Shown one piece after another: positions 13,316 through 25,926 of a stretch of 64,000 nt of DNA (position 1 is the first letter of the stretch; each line of letters opens with the position of its first letter). Source of the stretch: Puccinia triticina (taxonomy: Eukaryota); NCBI GenBank assembly GCA_026914245.1, contig CP110440.1, forward strand, positions 3,038,001 to 3,102,000, in the 5' to 3' direction. The position numbers and the translations under genes were made by a program. The notes beneath the pieces are model-generated. The model did no database searches. It was not told the DNA's origin and worked only from the letters and a program-made list of their open reading frames with translations.

Positions 13316-14243
13316 TGAGGGACTCCTGTCCGTACTGGGTGGTGGCAGTCGCTTGAGGGGAAGGTTGCTGTTTAGGCTGCCCTCTGAGGTGGATGGTCCG
13401 TGAGGATGAGCACTGAAAATGGGGGGGGGATCTGTGATAGCTGTTGGGTTTTGGTGGTTTTGAGAGGTTCGCCGGGGTTTGAGATCTGCGGCGGCGGTTG
13501 TTTGCTTTGAGGGAGTTGGGGATTGTGATCTTAAGGAAGAAAGGAAGGAATCTGAGACTCTTGATGAAGCGTGATTGGCGGGCGGAGCCCAAAGGTTTGA
13601 ACTCTGAAGATCTGATCTATATACTCTTGATGGTCCGTATTCTGGGGATCAGAATGCCATGCCCCCCCCATCATCCAAGTTTGGCAAACTTGGACTCCAG
13701 GAGAGCCACATGTCACATATATTTTATCATCTCCTCTGCGCGCTACGCGCGCGCATACACAAAACAGCAGAAAGGAACAGAGAAACAAAGAAAAGACAAA
13801 GAGACACAGAAGAAGGGATGAACACAATGAGATGAGACAGGAAGAAAGAAATGAACCAGAGGGAAAGAAAAAGAGAAAAAAAGAAGAGAACCAGCAGAGT
13901 ACTCAGGACAAAACAAGACAAACAGAAAAAGAAAGAAAAAAGAAGAAGAAATAAAGAACAGAGTAATAAACCCACAACAGATGCTGTGTTAGGACCAAGA
14001 AACTGAAGAGGACTGGGAAATGGGAAGGAGAGGAGATGGAAAGGTGGAAAAAGGGAAAAGAAAGAGAGGGAAAAGAAAGAGGGGGGAAAGATCTTGAGGA
14101 TAGGGGTAAAAGCTGAAGTGAGGTGAGGGGAGGGTGAATTCTTGAAGGTCTTGAGGATCCTGAGGAGTGAGTGGAGTCTTGATCTTGATGTAGCTGGCGG
14201 CGGTGATCCTCCTGGCTAGCTGGCCACGAGAGGGGCCACCACA
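13316..14243 (-). repeat. Solo LTR (related to the 37030/45969 LTRs) inserted in Gypsy-A protease
   Basis: Minus strand TGTGGTGG...CCTCA with 4-bp TSD GCGG (13312-15 / 14244-47). Removal restores SASGALV-P-LGVVNIKL. Confidence 0.85.
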
Positions 14244-16790
14244 GCGGGACAAGCGCTCCTGATGCGCTATGGAAACTGCCAGTTTCAACGGGTAGAATAA
14301 ACTTTTCCCACCCAGGACAGAAAAATTTGAGGTAAGTTTTCCCCCACCACCGATCTCACGGCTCCGCTATCTAACAGAACCGTACAGTCAAGCTCACAAA
14401 ACTTCATGCGTACTAGGTTATTCCTACCCAACGCCACACCAATAGCAAAAGTTCTGTTAGACATCTCTCCAATTATGGGGCCCTTGGGATCATAGACACT
14501 ATCTTCTTCCTCAGCATTGGCCTGGGGATCCTCCTCTGTAACATTATTAACATTCTTAGGGAACCGTCTAGACGTGTGCCCTGTCTCTCTACAGACATAA
14601 CAGGTAATTGGTCCTGTCCCGGCGGGCGTTTTAGGCTTTGCCCCCGGTGCTGCAGACGCCTTGTCAGCGGCTGGTACCCGCAGAGGGAATTGCTTTCTAC
14701 CAATCTTTTTCTTGTCACAAATATCCTCAAGTATATTTGTGAACTTGCTAAGATCTGCTGCGGTGTTCCTCATAGCTGTCTTAACTGAGAACTCCACTTC
14801 ACTATCCATCAAGCGGAATAACTTAAAATTGATAGACTCCTGTGAGATACCGGGGGAGAAACATTGATATTGATCATACTGACGAGTGACCCAATTGGAA
14901 GGGACTTTTTCTCCTGGAATAAATTTTTTAGTGTTGAAGGCATCCTCCTTCTTGCACTTCCAGCTTGATGTGCCCTACTTTTTGCAACTCTTGGCGCACC
15001 AGAAGCTCCACTGTTTATTCTGATGAATAGCCTACATGGTTTTAAACCAAGAACAAGCTCCGTCGGTGAGAACGGTGAGCAACTTGAGTACTATCACACC
15101 ATTGTTAAGATGACTGTGGCATTTAGCTAAATAAATCCAATGAATGAAATCCATGTGGTCATACTCTCCCTTGCCAAAGAAGGTAGGCCAGTCTGACTTC
15201 GCTATGGCGTTAGTCAATTGCTTCTGAACCTCTAGGCTCACAGCTTCCTGCTCACCCTGGGAACCTCCAAAATCTGCTCCATTTCCAGACTGACAGGGAG
15301 TCGGCTCGGCCACGGCCGCAGCTCTTACCAAGTTAGCTAGCTCTGTAACTTTGGCTCTCAACCTGGCTCCTTCTGAGCGGTTTTGACTCATCATGGTGTC
15401 AAAGCGCTCATTAAGCTTAAGAAAGTCTCTTCTCTGTCCCTTGCTGGCCTCCTCAATACGGGTGTTCAAATCATCCATAGTCTTGCTGGTTGCACTTTTA
15501 TGTTCTGCAGGTTTTGGACGGCTAGCAAGAACACTGTCCAATTTATCACTAAAATTTTGCATGGCTTCCGTTACTGCGGACGCCACCTGTGCTTTTATAT
15601 CAACCACTGCAGGCCGCGCGGAAAAATCATCTACCAGTAACTTATCCAAACGGCTTGTTACCTTAGTCATTGTAGCTTAATGGCTGTTGCCACGCTTTTC
15701 CCATTGTCTAAGGGGCGTGACTTGGCCTCAATAAGTTTCTCCAGGCGCTCCAGTTGGCCCACTATGTCCGCTTCAAACTTCTTATTATCTGAAATAAGAG
15801 GCTTCAGCTCAATAGCTGCCTCCATGCGATGCACCTCAGCATCAATTTCTTGAACAACTTGTACTACCTTAGCCAAATCACACTGTGGGCGGGAGTCAAA
15901 TGCCGTCAATATAGACTCATTGGCGCTACTAAGGGAAACGGCAAGAAGCTCCTCAAAGCCTGTCTTGTTCTGCACCGCTCCGGTCACAGCCGACGACTGC
16001 AGAGCGCTCACGGACTTTCTCAACAGCTTAAGGTCTTCAGCTATTCCATCTAATTTTTTAACAGCCAATTGCGCGGCTGCAGAGGTTGTATTACCCATAG
16101 CAGTCAAGTTAGTTAGAAAAAATGTCAATGATTTAGAGTTAGTCACAACTAGATCCTGTAAATAGGATATTTTGTTGGACAAAAGGGTGGAGACTTTGGT
16201 AGAAAGAGTAGAAAAAAGCTTTGTCATAGATTTATCATGGTGAGAAACAATTATCTTTGAGTTCCCATCCACCACCTTCTCTACCTCCTGAAACATAAAA
16301 GAAAGAAGTCCAGTGGCCTCTTTCAAGGTAAGTCCTGCTGGTTCCCTTGTTTCTGGCTTTGCAAGTGATGGATCACTTGGTAGCCCCCTTGGATCGTGTG
16401 GCTCATTCAAAAGAGCTCCCCGTACACTTGGTTCTGGTATTGCTGGCAATCGTGCATCCAACCCTGCCCGCGCTGATTCACCAGTGGCTGGTTTACCTGT
16501 CTTGCCCCTGGAGCCGGTTGGCCCTGCTGCCGAGGATGTCAGTTCCTGGCTTTGGGACGAGTCTCCCCCGGTTGGTTGTTTGGACCTCCTGGGTTTGGGG
16601 CTGCCTGTTGGTTGACTCTGGGACGCGTGTTGTGAGGGTTCCAGCCCTCCGCAATGTGGGCTAATGACTCCGCTCCAATTAGTCTCACTAGCGTGTTGTG
16701 AGTCAAGATTGCTAGATCCCAAAACAACACCGCCTGCTTGTAGTTCAAGGCCGCCAACACCTGGAGGCACTCCTCCCTGAATTTCAGGTG
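14244..16790 (-). pseudogene. gag: Gypsy-A gag and aspartic protease N-part
   Basis: ORFs 15667-16770, 15032-15670 and 14285-14812. Capsid-like WPTFFGKGEYDH, degenerate zinc knuckle CYVCRETGH, protease LLDSGA. Confidence 0.85.
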
Positions 16791-18438
16791 TGTCAGCTGG
16801 CTACTATGGCAGAGCCACTGTGACAATATACAAATAAAAATATAAAAAGTAGTTTTACATATGAAAGAGACATTATTACTCTTACATATGTAAAACTACG
16901 CAAAAACATTAAATACATATATAAATAATTGATTAATTAGCTTTATGTAATTAATAAGTAAAATATTGTAGAATATTCTGATTCTACGGGTAAAATAACC
17001 TAGGGTACCTCACTTACACGTACCCTTAATTATTATCCCTTCCTTGTGTAAACTAACTTCAAAGTTTACACAAGTGCATCACACCCCGCGTGAATGCACT
17101 TGTATGTATATATATATATAAGTACATATTTATACACCTAGTTTCAGTGACGTAACTGAGATGTTGTGTATAGTTTAAAAGATGGCTTTATTTGTTGCGT
17201 GGCGCACCCAAGCCCGCATGCTCTGTTGCCTAGAGCTCAAGCCCGCGCCCATGGTGACATATATGCATAATGCATAAAATAGCCCGCAACCAAAGCGCTC
17301 AGGCTACCAGTAAGTGAGAATGGGCAGAATACACCCCAATACCAATATTACATGTGTTATATGTCTTGTACACATGTAATTAATCACCAAACAATATGTA
17401 ATTACCATGTCATTCAATATAAAAACATTCTAGATTGAAAAGGACTCTTGCAGCGTGCACAGGAGACACTAGAAAGCACCCCAGCTTCTCCCAAGCCTCA
17501 CTACACTTAAATTACAACTGTAGTAAATATGTAGAAGGGGTCAAATGAACTGGAGCATTCAATGAGCGCCTCCAGAACCTGTATAAAGCACTGCTTGCAC
17601 GTGTACAAGTGCACAGAAGCTAGTTCTAGTACCTTCTGTGGCACATTTCCACGGAAATGAGCGTCACAGAACCCCCAAACCAGCCCCTATGACGTGTAAG
17701 GCATGTGGAAAAACACGCAGAACCTCTGTAAATGCTCCTTGGCAGCCCTTGTATCCAAGCCCCAAGGTTTCACAACCTGCAGCACCTTCTAGCGCAACCA
17801 AATTGCCTCGGAATGTGCCCACAAGTGTCCCCCTGTCCCCTGGGCGCCCCTGGAGGCCTGCCTAGGCTATAAGAAGGGCCCTTTCTCCGCCCAAAAGGAG
17901 ATTTCCCAGCTTTACATTACCTACTAGAATTTTACCCGCCTTCAACAGCCTCAATAGCCTGTGATTTGCCAGGTAAAATACCTACTTTTGTGATTTTTAG
18001 CCCTGATTTCTGCCTTGAAGCTGTCCAGTAACCACCCTTCCCTCAAGATTACCTCCTCTGAGCGCCTCCAACTGCCCAACTTCACGCCTGAAGAACCTCA
18101 AGTGACTCTAGGGTCTTATACTAGTAAGTTTAAGCCCCTTCTCTTGAGATTCTCCGCCATTTCTTTCTGGGATTTGAAACACCCCTGTTTACAGGCCCCA
18201 GTTCTTTACTCTAGAGGGATTAAACACCCCTGATTTATCAGGCCCCTCCTAAAATTAATTATATCAATTTTATTACGTCTAATTGGCCCAAATTGCCCCA
18301 TTTTTTACGCCATAATTCCCAACATTTACGTTGGAATTATCCCTTATACATTTGTCTTAGAGTTTTACAACTCTAATATTTTGCTTTGCACCACGTTTAG
18401 CTAGAAGGATAATATCCTTGGCATCACGTAGGCTGACA
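16791..18438. repeat. LTR without TSD (same family as 8944-10032)
   Basis: 7-bp terminal inverted repeat TGTCAGC...GCTGACA. Shares the TGTCAGCTGG(G)CTACTA start and CTTGGCATCAC..CTGACA end with 8944-10032. Flanks AGGTG vs GCTCC do not match. Confidence 0.8.
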
Positions 18439-19057
18439 GCTCCGCTCTAGTATTACTATGTATGAAGTATGATCATACTCCATCAAGTCTTGCAACTACA
18501 TAGGCACCTCTCCCCGCCGGTTTTAGTGGTGAATTGTGATGACCTTGTCGGACTGGTGAATTTTGCCAACATGGTGTGTTCTGGGCTGGAACCAGAGCAC
18601 CTCTGGTCTTAACGTACCCCCAGCACATGTTAAAGAGGTGGGACAAAGGCTATAGTGGAACAGGCAGTTGACACAGCTACATACTGGTGGGGCCAAGGTG
18701 TTTCTCCACCTTCATTCATGCTGAAATGAATCATGAGTGCAGGTAGGCAAGGATCAACTCCTCCCCTACCGCTGCACTGCACGTCTTATTTGCTGCGCAT
18801 TTCTTGCTGAATGCTCTGTAAGGAAGAGATGTGTGTTTGTTGTGTTGTTGCAGTTTGTCTCGATAGACTGACCAGGAGCTGGTTTTACGCTTTACTGTTG
18901 GGTAATGGGTTGAGAAGGCATCAGACTTGTCAGTTTGGAAAACACTGGGGAATGCCAAGCTTTCGGAGTTTTAAGGGTAAGGGAAGCTTCAATCTGTATC
19001 CCAAGTAGTCTAACAGATCAAGGTAGAGTGTCCTCTCCCTGGGGGTTCACTTCTTGA

Positions 19058-19088
<31 letters not shown>

Positions 19089-20632
19089 AGGGCATAGAGA
19101 ACAAGAGCGCGTAAAAAAACCCGGCTGCCTGCAGGTGACTGGACTGGAAGAAAATTGTATTGGGGTATGGAGGATTCAGGTTTTGCCCTGCAAGGGTGAT
19201 AGCCTGGCTTGCACTGTGACTCAATGCGTGTGATGATTCCTTCACGCCCGCAGTCTGGAATTTGCCTTTGAGGGAAATGGAAGATCATTGAGATAGATGT
19301 CCACCACGATGAACGGCCGTTCATGGAGGTGGACATACATTGCACAGCTTGGCCATTGTTGCGTCTGCCAAGCTATGACCCGCGCTCCTAAACAGCGCCG
19401 CATGATCAAAATATTTGGCTTGATTGGCAGTCCCAAACAAGCTCCAGTAGGAGTAGGAGAACAAAGGTTTTCTGCTTGTAATGAGGGTAAAAGGTGACAC
19501 AACCAAACACGGTGCAGCCTCACTTTGGGCTTGCGTGCAGAGAATTTGAACCAGGTAAGGTGACATGCAGGGGCCAATCCCAAGAGCTGTCCCTTTTTTC
19601 TTGGTTCAAAGGTTCAAAGTCACCATCAGAAAGGCTGGGATCAGTGGCTCAGATGCCATGATGCTATGATAAGGTCTGTCTGATAAAGTCCTAGCATTGT
19701 CCCTGTCTTCCCCAACTTCCCAACTCCAACATAGCTCCTGGCCAAAGATCTCTCAGCATGATTGAAGTCGCTGGGAACATTCATCTCTCAAACACCCAAC
19801 CGGGCAAAATGTGTAGCGTTGGGAATGAGATCCACATCACCACTTGTATTGCATCCTACCAGCTCCCACTAGATGTTCCTATTTCTGCCTATCAAGAGTA
19901 TTGGTTAAACCCAAACCCAAAAAAAAGCGTCCAAAATGGAACAAAGTCAAAATTGATTCAACTTCATTCAGACCATTCCGGTTTTTTTCCTGAACTTTCC
20001 CTGGAATATTTTTGAATATGGCTGACCATGCCTCACAGAAGCATGGTCATATACATAAAACAACACCTACATCTCACAGTGCATCTAGGGCAGTTGGCAA
20101 GGAGCTTGGGTGGGGTTGATCAGCAAGATGTTGCATGTTCACCCCCTTTTGTCTACCTAACTTGCCCAAACCTTGTTTTGAGCCTTTGAAAACCTGAAAA
20201 GGCCCGTAACCATTCCAAAATACACACAAAAGCAATTCAGAACTGCGTTGGGAATCCAAAATAATTTTGGATTGTCTTGCAGTAGGGTTCCTGGAATTTT
20301 CCAGTGGAAACGCCAACAGTCTGGCGACGGTCCCCCCCTGCAGGCAGACCAACCAAAATGATATTGGTTGGCAATCAAAATAATTTTGTTGGGCTTTGCC
20401 CGTGGTGTATCCAGCATCTATCCACAGCTGGTACATCATAGCACAAATGCCATAACTGAGTATAAATTTGTTTGCCTTGCACAGCCAGCAGCGGCTAGTG
20501 TAGCTCATTCTGCCATGTGCACACACAGCTTGTGATGTGCATCTTCTCAGGGCTAATCTGCTCAAGCAAAAACTGAGTTTTTTGACACCCCTCTCTCTAC
20601 ATTGGCACTGGGACAAGGGTGTTGATACACGC

Positions 20633-23600
20633 TGTGAGAACTCCTTTGGGATGGGTTTGCAGTTCTTTGAGGGGGAAATAACAATATGATATTCCAGCTA
20701 AGTAATACTACTGTTACAGGTGGTTTGAAAGACCTGCCCCTCTATTATACTACAGAATTCTGACAACAAATTTATTTATTGTTGTGGCGTGACTTTTATG
20801 ACGGAGAAAACTTGTATGTAGTAGTCTCTATCAGACCTAGATCAGTTTTAACAAGTACAAGATGCGTATACAACCTCTATATGGCGAGATGGGCAAAGAA
20901 TATAATCAAGTGAAAATATGTTTTGTTGGGTTTTTTTAATGGTTTCAGCAGAGGGAAATGATGATGAAGCGTGGTATGAGATTTCTATGTTAATGTATGA
21001 TGACTGTGTCTTCCGTGATGATGGCAAAAATGAGGACTGGTGACCACTGAGCTGGGGTGCCTGGGTGATGATGGAAAAATGGTGGGAGGAGGGCCTCCTT
21101 ATATATTCTTTTCTGAGTTATTTTTGCTGGTGAGGGCTGCACCCAAGGCATTTCTGCTGGTGGTAACCCTGTGGATTGCACTGCCTTCTGCAAGGGGTGC
21201 ATAACTTAAACTGATGTTCCGCATGACAATGTGTGATTTGTACTTTTTAAGGCAAAGGACGCCTAGGTTGGTTACACTGCCAAAGTGGAGGCTTTCTGAC
21301 TGCATGCATTGATGTAAGGTCCGCAAAAATCTGTTGAGTTGTTGAGTGGAGGCCTAGTCGCTGCAGTTTCCAACACGCAGGTTGCGTGAGGTGATCTGTA
21401 GCTAATAGTGGAGGCCTGCCTAACTAGTAAATCTAACTATACTCTTCTATATATTCATGCCTTTTATGATTTATATGACTTTCCACCTGGGTATGGCCTG
21501 TACTAAACCTATAATTGTAACTAACTTCTAAACTAAAAGAGCTAGCTGGGTAGTTGAAGTGAGTGACTAGGGTTAAGTTTGTATGTAGAATCTATTTCTC
21601 TAATAATATTCTATCATATGCTAGTATTTTAGGCTGTAAGTTGAGGTTTTGACAGTTTTGTTGCACGCAACAGATCTGAATCACCACATCCCCCCCCCAA
21701 ATTAATGCTGTCCACAGCATTCCTAAGCAAGCAACAAAACTGTTGAGTCCTTCCCGCTAAGAAATTTATAGTCCCCTGATGTTGTTTTAAGTCCTTGAAA
21801 ATTTTTGTACAAGTTTCTGTGCCTTCTTCCCTGTTCCTTGTGTTTTTCCGATTGGCTATTTGTGTTACATTGAGTCAACTCCAAATCGGTATTGTATCTT
21901 CCGATCTATACATCCTTTCCCTATCTCAAAATCTAGTATCTGTATGTCCTATGTAAACCTATTCCCCCTGCCACTCCTGAATCAAAGGATCCTAACTCTC
22001 TACAAGTATACTCTGTACCCCTGTTGTTGGCCCAAAGAAAAGGGATGTGGTTGATGATTCCCAACAGAAGTATAACATACGTCCCCCAGTTGATGAGTTA
22101 AACACTCTTGATTAACCTTCCCTCCAACTGGCTTCCCGTATTCCTATGAATTTTTAAAATAACTCTTTCCTTCCGTCACATTGTACTCCTTTTAAGGCCT
22201 AACTATACTTCTATTTTCTCTACGAAAGAAAGGGTGATGTCGTCCAATATTACACCCATTTAAATTCTTCCCTATGTTTCCACCTCCTTCCATTTCATAA
22301 TCCACATAGTCCAGAAAATCAAGCTAGGATACCCTGTCTAAACCATAATTTCTTCCTTCTTCATCCACTTCCTAAAAATTTCCTATCCAGTCCTGAACTC
22401 GCTTTCTTGTCAAAACTCTTCTTCATATTCCTTGTTGTTATTGCTTGTGCTAGTACTACTCTTGTATTTTCTTGTGTGCCTTCCTCATTTTATTTGATCT
22501 TCCAGTGATCTTATCTGAATTTCTTGCTTGTTATACATATTTTATCCAAAAGAAGTGATTCAGTACCTCTTGTTGTCCGTTGTATCTTCATGTATGATTC
22601 CTGCACCGTGACTTATTGATATTTCCAACCAAAATTGATGTTAAGTTTTGAAATCACGTGATATAGGTGAGCTGCTGATCTGTCTTCCTCTTGACACTGC
22701 AGCTTAGGGTCATGCAGGACCTAGGGATTCTTTCAAGTTGCAGTTTATGGTCATGCAGGACCCTGGGTTTTGCTTGAAATTTTGCAGTTTATGGTCTTGC
22801 AGGACCTTGGGTTTTCGTTGAATGTTGCAGTTTATGGTCTTTCAGGACCTTGGATTTTGCTTGAAATTTGCAGTTTATGGTCTTGCAGGACCCTGGGTTT
22901 TGCTTGAAAATTTTCAGTTTATGGTCTTGCAGGACCCTGGGTTTTGCTTGAAAATTGCAGTTTATGGTCATGCAGGACCCCTCAATTGTCCACTTTGTTC
23001 TTCTGATAGACGCTGCGCTGAGCTAGCATCTTTTCGCAAAAGCCGCGCGCGCTTCTGTTTGCTGTTCCGAGTGTCACAACACTTGTGAAACCCCCTCATG
23101 ACTTGCTGATACAGGCCTGTGATGCCCTTGCTGGCCCTCCGATCTTTGTCAAGTCCCGATCAATGCCAAGGATGCTGCACCTCGCCCGACAGCCACCGGT
23201 ACGCCCAACGGCTCCGCCGATGATCGTCCCTTTTATTCTCCCTTTTTCCTTTGTTCTTGTTCCTGCCGTCTTACTAATTTTGAATTTTTGAATTGATGGT
23301 TATGTACGAGCAGTGCCTCCACCTCGTAACCGCGGCCACGCTTGCTTATTGCCGAACATCTCAGCTTGCTTCAACCGCCCGTATGGCCAAGTACTCCGCG
23401 ATTGATTGACCTCCACCCTTGCAGAATCAAACTAAAAGATATCAAATACCAAAAAAAACCATTGTCCGCCGAAGCACCAATCCTCCGCGCGCATCCATTC
23501 TCAGCTACCTCAAGACAAATCTGCTCTATTTGCTCAATGCCAAAACTTCTCCCCTGCGTTGTCAGCCATTCGTGCAAAGGCCGATTATACACTCTGCACC

Positions 23601-25570
23601 GTTGTTAGCCTATCCTAGCCTGCGTCATTGACGATCTATCCGAGCTGTCCTCAGCTGATCTTTGAATATAAAAAGCAGCTCCATTGTTGCCGGTCTCTTC
23701 CCCCCTATGTCCTCGTTTCTTCTGTAAGATTTCTGCTACTGAATATCCAAGGTTGTGTTGTCAAGCATTTGCGCGTAGGCCAATCATTTGATTCCACAAT
23801 CCCCTGTTTATCCTTGAATATATAAAAAATAGCACCATAGTCGCCTATTCTTTCCCCCGTGATTGAATCCATTGATGACTGTTCTTCCCCGCTATTGGCA
23901 CCAAAACTGTTGTATATAAAAACCCTTGCAGTCGTAAGATTTTGTCCGCTAGGTCCTGGCTAAAAGAAGCCGCAAAAAGAAAAAAAAAACCCTGCTAATA
24001 CATGAAACTTTCCCAATTCTATCTGCTATTCCATTGCAAGTGACATCTACCATAATTATCCTTTGTATGTATGCTTCTCTAATTTGTGTATTAATTCTAA
24101 TGTTACTAATTATGAACAAAAGTTGAGCTTTACAAGCGCAAGATAGTTCACTGTTTTAAAAAATGTGATTGAACCAGCCAAAGAGAGAGCTTGTTTCCCG
24201 CCACGATGTATTGAAATTGGATGAATGTAATGTGAAATCTCGGCAACCTGAATGAGAAGCACTCTGGATGATTTTGAAAGTACTTTTGTATAAAAGTATA
24301 GAAAGTTTACCCTCTTGTCTGGGAGGCCTGTGCTGTATCTGATCTGCAGAAAGTGAATTTATGATTTTCCAAATTGAAGTCCTAGGGTGCTCCTGTCACA
24401 ACCGTCCTCTTGAGGTTAGCCGCAGTATGTTATAGGTTTTTTTTTTTTTTTTGTTGATCTTGATGATTATTTACTGATCTTCTTGAAGGTTGTTGCCACT
24501 GTTGGGACACCAGATGTGAGAACTCCTTTGGGATGGGTTGGCAGTTCTTTGAGGGGGAAATAACAATATGATATTCCAGCTAAGTAATACTACTGTTACA
24601 GGTGGTTTGAAAGACCTGCCCCTCTATTATACTACAGAATTCTGACAACAAATTTATTTATTGTTGTGGCGTGACTTTTATGACGGAGAAAACTTGTATG
24701 TAGTAGTCTCTATCAGACCTAGATCAGTTTTAACAAGTACAAGATGCGTATACAACCTCTATATGGCGAGATGGGCAAAGAATATAATCAAGTGAAAATA
24801 TGTTTTGTTGGGTTTTTTTAATGGTTTCAGCAGAGGGAAATGATGATGAAGCGTGGTATGAGATTTCTATGTTAATGTATGATGACTGTGTCTTCCGTGA
24901 TGATGGCAAAAATGAGGACTGGTGACCACTGAGCTGGGGTGCCTGGGTGATGATGGAAAAATGGTGGGAGGAGGGCCTCCTTATATATTCTTTTCTGAGT
25001 TATTTTTGCTGGTGAGGGCTGCACCCAAGGCATTTCTGCTGGTGGTGACCCTGTGGATTGCACTGCCTTCTGCAAGGGGTGCATAACTTAAACTGATGTT
25101 CCGCATGACAATGTGTGATTTGTACTTTTTAAGGCAAAGGCCGCCTAGGTTGGTTGCACTGCCAAAGTGGAGGCTTTCTGACTGCATGCATCAATGTAAG
25201 GTCCGCAAAAATCTGTTGAGTTGTTGAGTGGAGGCCTAGTCGCTGCAGTTTCCAACACGCAGGTTGCGTGAGGTGATCTGTAGCTAATAGTGGAGGCCTG
25301 CCTAACTAGTAAATCTAACTATACTCTTCTGTATATTCATGCCTTTTATGATTTATATGACTTTCCACCTGGGTATGGCCTGTACTAAACCTATAATTGT
25401 AACTAACTTCTAAACTAAAAGAGCTAGCTGGGTAGTTGAAGTGAGTGACTAGGGTTAGGTTTGTATGTAGAATCTATTTCTCTAATAATATTCTATCATA
25501 TGCTAGTATTTTAGGCTGTAAGTTGAGGTTTTGACAGTTTTGTTGCACGCAACAGATCTGGATCACCACA
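20633..25570 (-). mobile_element. Non-autonomous LTR retrotransposon with decayed interior
   Basis: LTRs 20633-21688 and 24515-25570 (1056 bp, about 9 differences counted by eye). TSD ACGC. PBS TGGTGTCCC.. from 24512; poly-G PPT beside 21689. No long ORF. Confidence 0.92.
22709..22981. repeat. Minisatellite, ~43-bp unit x6
   Basis: GCAGGAC-like anchor at 22714, 22755, 22799, 22842, 22885, 22929 and 22972. Confidence 0.9.
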
Positions 25571-25574
25571 ACGC

Positions 25575-25926
25575 ATGCCCGTCCCCCTGGTGCACACCCA
25601 TGCCCACACCCTTCAAAAAGGGTGTGTGGGGCTGCACACCCTTTGGAAAGAGTGTGTGGGGCTGCACACCCTTTGGAAAGGGTGTGTGGCCCCACACGCC
25701 CTGTATTTGCGGAGGGCGTGCAAGTTAAAGGCCATGCACACCCCTGTATGGGGGTGCAAGGGCATGCATGCCCCCCTGTATGGGCGTGCACACCTCTACA
25801 TGGGAAGGGCCGTGCCCTGTGCCTGCTTGGAAAGCAGGCATACACATCCCTGCTCGCTGAGAGCCCCTCGGCGGGCAGGTGTACATATACCTGCCTGACG
25901 AGAGCCCCTTGGCAGGCAGGTGTACA
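25575..25926. repeat. Array of GC-rich palindromic/hairpin units
   Basis: Three variants of CACACCCTTT-GG-AAAGGGTGTG at a 30-bp period, then TGCACACCCC..GGGGTGCA-type units and two CCTGC...GCAGG hairpins. Confidence 0.8.

Larger units (their letters stand above)
8132..16790 (-). mobile_element. 5'-truncated chromodomain-bearing Ty3/Gypsy retrotransposon (Gypsy-A)
   Basis: Order gag-PR-RT-RH-IN-chromodomain, then a G-rich PPT-like tract and a 3' LTR. No matching 5' LTR or PBS. Confidence 0.9.

Noticed and set aside
13498..14288. Hydrophobic or lysine-rich ORFs suggesting membrane/env proteins (also 37540-37836, 46389-46931)
   Set aside because: They arise from A-rich/T-rich low-complexity tracts inside LTRs.
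16791..18438. 5' LTR of Gypsy-A
   Set aside because: Not homologous to the 3' LTR (8132-8843), has no PBS, and interrupts the gag frame.
18439..18453. GCTCCGCT-CTAG-T as a fifth Helitron 3' end
   Set aside because: Only half a potential hairpin remains, so it cannot be supported.
18460..20620. Decayed coding-like sequence
   Set aside because: No motif could be assigned by eye; needs a translated search.
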